Source: Blasia pusilla (lineage: Eukaryota). From it: a stretch of DNA of 64,000 bases. The notes beneath the pieces were generated by a model that was given only the letters and a program-made list of their open reading frames with translations, did not search any database and had not been told where the DNA came from. The stretch is from contig CM114271.1 of assembly GCA_050084515.1 (NCBI GenBank), positions 44,082,001 to 44,146,000 of the forward strand. Reading direction: 5' to 3'. Shown in pieces: positions 12,753-24,100 of this stretch (positions are counted from its first letter, which is position 1; each line of letters starts with the position of its first letter). A program made the position numbers and the translations under genes.

Positions 12753-14589
12753 TCCACAACAACCTCCACAAAGGTTTCCTATTGATCCGACTAAGCTGAG
12801 ACGCTCTTGGTCCTTTCACTGCAATGTAACCAGTATTTGCCCAACAAATGTCACGTCGGTCCAGGTCTACACCAAGATATTATCTGCGTTCAGTCTCTTC
12901 AGGAATTTCAGTGTTCAACTTTGCGGTACAACTCTGCAAGATTATCGTAAACAGGTAGAAACAGGTGCAGTTGATCAAACGGTCACTATTCTGGCAGGAG
13001 GCTGAAACTGCACGATCCTTTTTCAGTGTAGACTGAGGACTTGGTGCACCTGTAGATTTCCAGTATCAGAATTCAGTAACAATTGTGGGCGATGCCTTCT
13101 TTCCGAGAGAGGACGACAGGTGTCGGACTAACCTTCATGTGGAATCAAGAATTCTTTATGTGTAAGCCTTCCAAGGGATTGGTCAGATCGGCGGTGTAAT
13201 ATCGAACGACACCGTGAGAAAAGTACGTTGTACACGTTTTTTTCCAAGACTGGGCAGAGACCTTATCTTCTCGACCAATCGAGATTTCAGAAGCTGGGGA
13301 GAGAGGTATGGCTTTGGGACGGAGACCCAGGCAAATGAGAGGAAAAAGAGGTAACTGAGGTGCCGATTGGTCCAGAGGAATATGAAGTTAGTGATATGAA
13401 ATGAAGGATCGATACGTTACGAGCTGCCTTGTGTCAAAAATCTTTGATGTGCAGGATGACTTGTAGACGATCAGAAATAGAGAAGATAGGCTCTCCCACG
13501 CCTTTGGCAAACTCTGAAGTTCATATGCGCTAGTCCCTCCGACTAACGAGGGTCCGGCGCCAGATCATTCCAAACGAGTTTATCCACTCCCTCGTACAAT
13601 AGGGATTTGCATCTGATGGTAGTCCACAACCTGGTCAGCATAACCACCCGATTGATTCTGAATCCAGAATTGCGAGGGAAATTTCCGCTACACCAGATCG
13701 CAACAAACACCGCACTTCTGGTAACGCACGACTCCTGCGCAGATCGTCTGACGCACCATGAAATCCTGTCGAAATCCCTCCTGCAAGCACGTCGAGCTTT
13801 CGATAAATACCCGGCCGAGACGTAGAGATCGTACTGCGACGGAGTCCCTGGTCGGCAATGTGGTGAAGATCAGCGGTGACTTTCAGGGACCATATGTGAA
13901 CCAAAAGAGCGTAATGACTGACCAGAACGGAAACGATCCAAATGATGAGCAGACTGAATAAGTGAAACGTAAAAGTAACACGAATAACAAAACAAAACGG
14001 CCAAAAACGACGTACGCTCGACAAGCCGGAAGATTCAAGCACTAGAAACCTCAATGTACTCGACACCATTCGCGTCCCCACGCCTCCCGAAGAAAACAAA
14101 CTCAAAAAAATATCGTAAAGCTTCCAATCATACTCACTTCCAGCGAGCAACCTCCTCCGCTACACCTCGTATCTCCCCTTCCGACACCTTCCCCCCCACA
14201 CCGATCTCCGCCCGCGGCATGAACCGAGCGATTCTTAAAACTCTCTGCGCGAATTGTTCGCCATACCTTCTGAAAGTCCGGTCTGCATCGACTACAAACT
14301 CCGCCAGCCACCTGATCCCAATGATTCAGATGCTACGCCCCCCGCACAACATCTGCCAACGACTTCGCCCTCCCTTCCGTTCCCCAAGAATTCCGGATGA
14401 AGAGAACCATCCAACATCCGAATAGTACAAAAGAAACATTCAAAACTCGTTGCTCCCGAGATCCATAGCGTACCTTCCCCTCATTCAATCCAAGTCCTCG
14501 TCCCGACCCCCCCTCGTCCCAAACCTTGTCCAATTCATTTCCCGATCTCTCTGGATCCAAACCACAACCCGAGCTCAAATTGACCCCAA

Positions 14590-14970
14590 ATTATGCTCCG
14601 TAAGAGATCCAATACGGTCCCACTGGAATGGGAGCTACGCTCAGTTTAGGGTAAGCATAGCCGACTAATCCACGTGGAAAATTACCAGCTGTTGAGCTCC
14701 CATTCGCGCGGTCCTCCCTTTTGGCAATATTCCGTCGAAAGGCTTCATGAAGTAGCTGACTTCCGCTGACTATGCGTCACATACAAAGCTCTGGGCTTAT
14801 CTGAGCTGCGGATTGAAAGGATCGAACGGTTTCTCCTCCCCAGAAGGTGGGCCAGTGGGCGCCCGACAAAGTCATGTGGTCCTACTTCTGCGGGCGCTCT
14901 GTGGCCGGGTTTAGGCGGTCATATGTGTGACTAAGTTCGTCTCTTGACCCATAAATGCCTGCTTCTTTTA
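14590..14970 (-). ncRNA. Candidate structured ncRNA with telomere-template-like motif (possible telomerase RNA; unconfirmed, strand uncertain)
   Basis: CCTAAACCC on the minus strand at 14915-14907, TATATAT at 14991-14997, and at least six helices visible by eye (see findings). No clear USE and no clean poly-T terminator at the proposed 3' end. Confidence 0.3.
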
Positions 14971-15759
14971 GGAATCTTATGATAACCTAGTATATATCCT
15001 GCGCTGTAGTTTCTGAAAAGTTCCATTTCCTCTCGTTCGTTCAAGCTCTTCTTTTCCTATATTTCACCGACTCCTCCACCAAGTTTGGGCTTTGCTTAAT
15101 TATATTTGATTTGATTCGGCCCCTTCAAGCCTTCCATTAATCTGGGAGATTTGACAGAAAGTTAGCACTCGCACTCGAATAGCTGCGTTTTAAAACGCTT
15201 CATTTCCATCATGTTGCTCCAGAGTCCAGTCACTCACTGTGCCTGTTGTTGTGGGTTGCAGGATCAGCGATTAATTTGGGGATAACAATACGCAGAATCT
15301 CAGTGTAGACATCCTTTATCGCTTTCTCATAACCTTCTAAAAGACCCGTGAGTGGCCCCGTCCATAACCGCCACGTTGGCAGACTATAAGGTGTCGCTCC
15401 TCTGCCGCTCCTCTGCTCCCACCGCAAAGGTACGAAAACGTGGCACCATCTTAAGGACTGCAGAAAGTTAAAACGTGTGTATGTGGCTGTTGCTGCCCCG
15501 GGTGAGAAATCTGCAGCCCGGGCATTTAATGCCGGGTATTGCTAAAGGAGGAATTGTGGGTGGATTTCGGAAGGTGGGGGCATTCTGGGTTGGGTTTGCA
15601 CTTATGGGATGCGGTAAAGGGCGTTGCAGTCACCCCTTCATCTCGCATTGCATACACCTTTGCTCCCACATGAATTTAAGGCCAAATGCCACTCCTCCAT
15701 CCAAATGATTCGTTGAGGATTGGGGGAGAAGAAGTACTTTTTATTCCGTGGGTAATTTT

Positions 15760-18700
15760 TCTTATTTTTTAATGAAACGCTATATTGAAGAATTTCTGCC
15801 AAAAAATTTCATCACTATTTACATAATTTGTACTATTAACATAGGAGCGATTTTCAAGTGGCGACACGAGATAGTCCACCACTTATCCTTTGAACGTACT
15901 GCGTGGCATGGGCATTCGGTAGCATTCAAAGTTAGGGAGCGGGAACGGTGCTTTTAGGGTTAGGGACTGTGGAGTGGACCGTGCATCGTACGGTCCCTTC
16001 ACGGGTCCTGACTAGTCTATATTATTATTGAAGTTGACACATGTCCTTTTTAGTGAATAGAATCCTTGTTGCCTAAGCTAAGAGGATCGTTCAATTTCAA
16101 TTGAACACTTAGGATGAGTACTTCAAAATTATACATCCGTGCTTGCATGGCACGGGCAACAGCTAGTACTCTTAAATATTCCAATCCACTCATATAAGTG
16201 GCCCCATTAGTCCTTTTGAAAATTTGAAACAACTCTTTCATGTTTTCAAGAGAGATAAGAAATCCATTTAATTATAACTAGTGTGCGGACCTTTGAGAGG
16301 GGTGGAGAGAAAATAATTATCACAACACTTGGATAGGGTAGATGGAGAGGATAAAATAAGAAGAATTTGTAAGGACCTAATAACAAATCTCAAAAGAGGA
16401 GATATTTCATCTTTCCTTGTCTCTTTAACAAAAAATTATTGTGCCCATTATTGGATTGTTGCTCATGTTGGCATGCTGTCGTGCGCATACATATCGCTAC
16501 ACAACATACATCGCTCGTCACATCTACACCACACAACACCGATCTTCCCCACACACGGGTCGATCCACACATGTACAAAAATCAACTCATACATATACAT
16601 GGAGATCACACAACCTGAGTATAACCACTAATATATTTAGGTTATAAATCTCAACAAATCATTATCCTTTAGGAAATATGGATTTTATTTGTATTAGTGG
16701 TTAAGAAAAGTATAACTTTATATGGATCCAACTTGTATTTTTTTCCAAACAAAAAATTTTTTTGAGTCAAGTCCTCGGTCAAGTTTTAACATTAAGACTT
16801 GCTTATGCAATAAGAATTATATTAAATTAAGAGAAAAAATTCAATTTTTTCATTCATTTTTTCCACATATTTAAAAAAAAGATAAGAGTATTTTTTACAT
16901 CACAAGAGTAATTGAACTAATAGAGATAATCCATTATCAAAATTAATATCATATCGTAAAAAAATTCATTAAAAAATTATCTTTTATAAAGATGCTTCTA
17001 CTCTTGTGGAAATTCTTACTAGTAAATCTATATTATTTAGAGAAGATGGGGTTAGGGAAACCCTCTTCCGGTGTTGACATCAAAGCTCTTGTGCTATTGA
17101 CACAAGTTTGAACAATACTTAAATTAAAAGGACCAAAGACTTAATGAGTGTCAAGAAAATTTCCCTTCACTTAGGCATAGCACTAGCATCATACTACTAT
17201 TTTATTATAGAAGTCTTCAACAAAATAGAAAAGACTTCTATGATTTTAATATAACTATTTGGTGTAGGGTTTACTATTTTTCAAATCCGAATCTTCTTTC
17301 TTTAACCACCTTATTCTTTCTTAAACGGCCTTATCCACTTTTGTCTCACTTTCTTGTTTTGAGAAAATAAAACAAATATCTCCGCTTTATCATACTCCAA
17401 TCCCCCATCTCCTTATTTTTTAGAGGAAATCCTCGTCTTAATTAACAAAATCTACATTGTTAGAATAATGCATATCTAAATTCTTTTATATATATAAATA
17501 AACTATAATCTCAAGTCAAAAGTCATCTTCCCATTTTAGGGAACGACAATAGAGTCTCAAGTAGGACCCTTCCTAAAATTGTATTGTTCTAATATGAATC
17601 TATATAATAATTGGCGACCACATAGGCATAGTATGACTCTCCTTTAGTTATGGCCCTTGTGGGAAAGATATGAACACTTTGGAGCAACAATTCTATATAA
17701 CAAATGTGTTTCCTCCTTTTTAAGCTTCAAATTAGCAAATCAAATAAGTAGTAGTGAATCAAATTTTTCCTAGATAATTGGTTTGTAAGATAATTAAATT
17801 GATTAGAAAATAATTTTAAGATGCTGAATTCTTTTAGTTTAAAAGGTATTTCTATTAAATATATTTGTTAATATATGCATGATTTTTAAAATCTTATTTG
17901 AATAAGTAACTAATTGATATGCTAAATTATCAATCTTCTCATCATATTATTCCATTTGACTGCTTGAATACAAGTATATAATAATAGAGCCATTTCAATT
18001 CTCTTCCAATCCACAGATTATGTGGATTTGAATAACAATCATCTATAAAATATTCACAAACTAATTGGAGGATGTAGTTTTTTTGTTATTCTTATGTTAG
18101 ACGAGTGTCACTAGATTTCTCATAAAAAAACTTTTGGTCATCTTAATTGGGGATCACATAGAGAGATGGGTAGGGAACATGAATTCGTAAAGAGGAATCC
18201 TTGCATACCACAATCCTTTACAAATCCTTTTTAGGACATCATTCTTAAATTGTAATTCTTGCTTGTCCAAATGACTTGTAATGGACAAATAACACTCATG
18301 TAACGTATGTGTCTAAGAGCTAGTTGTACAAAGAATTTTCTTCACGACCACCAAGATCCTTTCAAAGTAGTTGCATTAGAATGGTACTTAGTTCATAAGT
18401 ACTTAGGTACACTCTCTTATCATATATTTCTACCCTATATTTTTACCATACAACTTATTATAATTTATCTCTTGTTTATAATCTTACCATTGTGACCATT
18501 ATTTTCCGAATCTCAATTCTCACGGAGAGATTATGAGAACACATCGAGGTCACCCTAACTTTTAGACAAAATGGTATAAAAAATGGAAATTAATTTTTAT
18601 TTTAAAATAAATAAAATTTCCATTATTATTTTTTGATTAGAAACAAAACATTTCGTCAGCAAAGCTCTTAATCTATATTATCAATAGAGGATGGACTTAG

Positions 18701-20640
18701 AGGGATAGATCCCCTTGGATTAACTCATCTATATAATAATTGGCAATCCCATATGCATAATAGTGAGAAAATAGGCAACATGTTTGAATTTGTGCCATAT
18801 TAGATGGATAGAAATAGAAGAGATTTGAGTGGAGTAAAATTTTTTTAACCAAGAAATAATTTTTTAAATATTATAATGGGTGTTATAAATATAAATAAAA
18901 AATTATAATTTTTGCCTCAATTCATATTTGATGGAAATGGAAAATAAATTTTAATAGAGAAGGAGTAGATTTTGTTTAAATTTTATGATAGGATAAAATT
19001 ATTTAGGGGATTGGGATATCATTTAAATTTGAATGGAGGATTGTGATTACTAAGAAGAGTGAAATGTTTTGGTGGGAAGAGTGGAAGCGGAAGAATAGGT
19101 ATTGTTCAAATTTCTACGGAGGAATGAAATTATTGAGGGGAAATCGGCATTATTTAAAGCTGATTTTTTCTTACTCTTTTGAGATTGTTAAAATTGGAAA
19201 TTAGACTTAAAATTTGAAATTAAATTAAATTAAATTTCAAAATTTAAGTATAATTAAAAAATGATTATTGACACTTGTTGTCTTCTATTAAGAAAACTTT
19301 GTCACAAGCAACATACTAGTGTCCTCTAAGGATACCCTTGCACATGACATGTGTCCATTTAAGGGAAAGGTAAAGAATTAAGGGAGGAGATGATAGGGGA
19401 GAAGAGGAGGGGAGCCTTTTTTGGTTTCTTATTTCATAACTTTTGAGGAGTAGAGGTTAAATTTAATGATTTTTCTATTTTTTCCCTATGAGTCGAAAGA
19501 TTTCTTTCTTGAAAAAATTTATGGGGTTAGGTTTTGAAGAAAAAATCATCTCGTTTAATTCTTCTAAATTTCTTGATTCCCTTAAAATTTCAAATTATAT
19601 ATTTTCCTAGATATTAGGGTAGAGAAATTTCGTTTCAAAATTTATTTCAGAAAAAAGCAAGAAAATGCACAATATGTGTAACTAAAGGTGGATTCTTATT
19701 CTATTTCTAAGGATTTATTTTTGAATTATTCTCTTATTATTTCTAAGATTTGTGTTATTGGAAAAAAATCCTTTTCAAATTTAAATTCTCTCACAAAATT
19801 TCATAATTTCCATTTCATTTTAATATTTTAACGTACATTTCAAAATCGTGCATGACAAGGACATCTTACTCGTTAATTTTTAAAAAATAACTAGTAAAAA
19901 CTTTTAAAAAAATTAGAATAATATTTTTGATAGTACATGCTACGGGTCTTGGTAGATTTTTCCAAATAACTTATTTACTATCTCCTGAATTTTCGGTCAT
20001 CCCAAATATAAGAATGATATATATCGAACAGGCTAACTACCTAAAAAGAAAGAACAACTAATCACGTATGGGTAATTAAAGGAACTAGTAAGGAAAAAAA
20101 ATAATGTTTAAACAGTTTTTGTTAGTGGAGGGATAAATGATGACCATACCTCTGACACAAATTCAGACTTTTCTTTTTCAATTCAAAGTCATTTTCCTTT
20201 TCCAAAATATAACATGTGAATAAATACAATTATTTCTTAAAATGATCATGCTATTTATTTCAAATTTTAAATATGATTTCTATTTTGGAAAATCTTATAA
20301 GAGTAATAACATTCCACTTTTCTTAGTAATTATAATCCTCAATTCAAATTTAAATGATATCCCATTACACTAAGTAATTTTATTTTTTCATAAAATTTAA
20401 ACAAAATCTATTCCTCCATTAAATATTTATTCCTTTCTCTATCAAATATGAATTGAAGTAAAAATTAAATAAAAAAATCATATTAATTACATTGTATTAA
20501 TATTTATAATCACCAATTATAATATTAAATATTAATTGATTAATACATATTCCATTCAAATCTTATTCGATTCTTTTTCTATTTCTATCCATCTAAAACA
20601 ACAAAATTCAAGAATGGTACCTATTTTGTCTTATTATCTT
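15760..20640. mobile_element. AT-rich nest of non-autonomous Helitron-like elements
   Basis: Repeated 5' ends TCTATA(T/A).. at about 16016, 17027, 17600, 18672 and 18729. 3' hairpin+CTAG|T ends: ggaccgtgc..gtacggtcc..CTAG 16012-16015; ccgtgc..gcacgg..CTAG 16163-16166; decayed ends near 17020, 19316 and 20085. An inverted pair of one subfamily lies at ~18765-19070 and ~20305-20635. Confidence 0.7.
16016..16166 (+). mobile_element. 151-bp non-autonomous Helitron
   Basis: Begins TCTATATTATTATTG and ends ccgtgcttgcatggcacgggcaacagCTAG followed by T. Directly abuts the CTAG of the preceding element. Confidence 0.7.
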
Positions 20641-21182
20641 ATCTTGTCGTATTAAGCATATGTGGTTGCCAATTATTACACAGACGAAAAATTTGTGGAC
20701 GACAACCATCACCGGCGGCGTAAATGAGTGAGACACCAGACTGCAAATTGAGAAAGGACGACGGAGGGGCAGAGAACGACAGCTCTCCGCCTTTCACGGC
20801 AGTCACAGTCAGGGCCTGAGTATAACTTTCCCCGTTCGAACCCACAGCGCAGGCGAGTCGAGAATCGAAATGCAGTGGCGACCAGAGAGGGCAGCAGAGG
20901 AGAGAGGAATTCGAGTAGAGAGGAGAGGAGAGGAGAGGAGAGCGGAGGGGCCGGTTCGTTGCTGCTGCGGGTGCAGGAAAGGAAGGGATTCGAGAGCGAG
21001 GTAGACGTTGGAGAAGGTTTCGGAATCTCCAGGCGAGGCGAACTGGTCCAGCGAGCGAAACACGGCATCTGGGTGCGTGTGTGGATGTGGCCTGAGTGAT
21101 AACGGTAAGCGAAATTGGCACTACATTTTCGCGGAGAGGGTCACCGGACTCTTGAAATCGGTTCCGGATTTCGGGGCTTTCG

Positions 21183-24100
21183 ATGGAGGTGAGAGTCGAG
21201 GCGAGAATGGGTGGGTCTCTGGTGGAGATTCCTGCAGTCCGTCACGGCGGAATTGGGGAGGAGGATGTTGAGGTGTTTCCGGAGGTGATGGAGACCGGGA
21301 ACAGATGATTGATTTCGTCGAGTGGAGTGCGAGGGAGTCTTCATTTGGCGTCGAGGCTGTTTCACGCTTGGAAACGTATGGGGAATTTGGGCGATCCAAG
21401 AGTGGCCCAGCTCGTCAGAGGACTCTGCGAAAGTGTGCCTTATGTTACACAGGATTTGGACGATGACGGCGATAGCGTCGCCTCTGGTTCGTCGTGCGGC
21501 GACGATGTTCGTCCCCAAGTGAGATGATTTCTCCGCTGTTGCAATTCTTGTCCGTCAGCACTGCCTTTATCGCTCTTTCAGAAATCGAAGTCGTTTTCCC
21601 CCTTTCTTAACGAGGGCCCAACGAAAAATTGATGTCTCAGCGGCGCGACCATGTCGAAACACTCGAAGAAGAGTGCGATGGAAAGCTAGCGAGACTCGTC
21701 GAAGCTGGATTTCCAATTGAACCAGCTTGCGACGTCCTTCGCGTAAACCGTGAGTGATTTCTCTGGATTGCCGTTTGCTAGCCATGAATTCGCATCTGCT
21801 TGTAATTCTATTCGAATTGCTTATACTGTTGCAATTTTGCGATTGCAGCAAGCTGGAGCTTGGAGCAGATTATCGACAGCCTGCTGATGCAAGGACAGTC
21901 CATCATGAAGGTAGCAATTGTTGTCATTATGGTTTGGTTTCCCTCCGTCCCTCCTGACCATTAGTGTTGCAGGTGATACCTCGAGCCGGTCACCACAGAG
22001 GGTCTGGAGTGATGGAGTTGAGGGAAATGTCGCACTGGTTTTTGATGGCATCGCGGTACCAATGCAATTCGGCATAGGCTGTTGCAAACAATTACTTGAT
22101 TCCAGAACGACAACGAGATCTCTTCTTTTCGGGCCTTACGAAATGTGATTGTCTTGGAAGAACCTTCGTTTATTCTGTAGTTGTCTCCTCATCATGTTTG
22201 TAGTGTTTGGCTTCCAGGATCCGTCGAGCTCAGCTCACAACAATGGGTTTTCATCTTCACCACCAACCGAACTGGTCCGACGTCAGAGTGCTTCTCGTGC
22301 GATGGGCAAATGGATGTCTGGAAAACTCGATAGGATCGGGAGTTCTAAGCAGAAGGTTTACCCAGACGATGATCCACCCAACGAGCACGAGGAGATGGAA
22401 ATTGTCCATTCGAGACCACATGGTGTTGTGGACAAAGGGAAAGGTCCCGTGGACGGTCCATTTGAAGAGGTGAATGGGCTTAGGCTTTAAGTCGCTCACC
22501 CATCCATGTCCGAGAATGGGTTTTACAGATTTAGAGTCTCAGAGTTGGACTGCTTCCTGGTAGTAGGCATTGTTAGCTAAAACCTTGATTGTTTGAAGGA
22601 ATCAACTGCCATTCTTCATTCGTCTGTATCACTTGAGCCTCAGACATTTGGGCCTATCTGCGTTCGTTTTATTATCATTGTACCGAGTCATCCTGGCGAT
22701 ATTGAGAAATGTGAAGGGGGCTTGTTGCAATACATCGAAATACAAGCCTGACTATCCTCCTGTGGCGAGGGTTTGCACTCAATCACGTTGGAATAAATTC
22801 TGATGGTGAAGGTCTTGCATTATTATCTCTCTTACGCAATTTTCTCTAATCGATTTCTGGTGGTCATTTTCCCACAGAATGTTAATTACGGGTCAGATTC
22901 AGAGCCAGGGGCTCCCAATTCAGATCCATGGGGCCAGGAGTCAGAAGAAGGAGGAAAGCAAGCCACCCTTTCAAGAATGGGTTTCGCTGAAAAGCTTATT
23001 GACCAAGCCATTCAAACTTGTGGTTAGCTTCTCTCTGATTTAACGAATTTTTGCACTCACTGAGTTACCCTGATGCCATATTGTAAGGTACCTTTGATCA
23101 CAACCACAGTTGTATTTTGATGGTATGATACTTTTCGAGGCTTTCTGTCTTCCATAATACCTGATTCGCAAGGCTCTGATCTACGCAGGAGAAGACCAAA
23201 GTGTAGATGAACTTTGCGATTTTATCCTCAGGCATTTGAAAATACACCCTGAGAGTGATCCCGATTGGGTAAGAATTGAAAGTAGGGTTATGCCTTTTGC
23301 TATAAGTCTCTGGGTCTGCTGTATTGTCAAGTGTCCATTCCTAACCTCGCTTACAAATGAGGATCATTGCTGTCTGTTAGGACGATGTCTTGTCATGGAT
23401 TTGTGTATTGTCAAGTGTCCATCTCATGTATTCCTAGCCTCGCTCACAAATGAGGATCACTGCTGTCTGTTAGGACGATGTCTTGTCATGGATTTGTGTT
23501 ATCTACCAGGTGTATTTTTTGCTTGTCTTGATGGCATTTAAAGTGACGTTCCCATTCGTTTTTGAAGGGTGAGGACGATTACTTAGATGAGGAGATGGGC
23601 AATGTGGAGTTATTTTTGCCAGAGAAAAGTTCTCTTCAAGGGAAAGCTGCAAAGTCATTGCTGATGATGGGATTCAATCCAGACAACGTATGTCAAGCTG
23701 TTGAAGCTCGTGGTATGTGTGACCTTCATTATCCCTTAGTAATCTCTGTTGAACATTTCTTGTGGTATGTGTGATCTCCCTTACCCCTCGGCAATCTCTG
23801 TTGACTATTGCTTGTGGTATGTGCGAAATTTCTTACCTCTTAGTTATGTCTGTTGACCATCACTTGCGCTGAACCGTGTGACTTTGGACATCATAGCTTT
23901 TCCTTGCCCTGTGTTCAACCTAATTGGTGCTAAGGTTTTGGATACAAGGCCATGACGGGCATGGCATAGAAGGTTAGCACTTTCTGGGTGAAGTCACTCT
24001 AAGTCAGAAGCGGCATTGGGCTTATGGGATTCAGGGGACGACGCATCGGAGGATGATCTCATAGAGTTCCTCGAGGGAAGTTCGCCATACTGGGTGAAGC

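Noticed and set aside
15151-15169. ttgacagaaagttagcact, resembling miR156/157
   Set aside because: Needs gaps to align and has no complementary star arm nearby.
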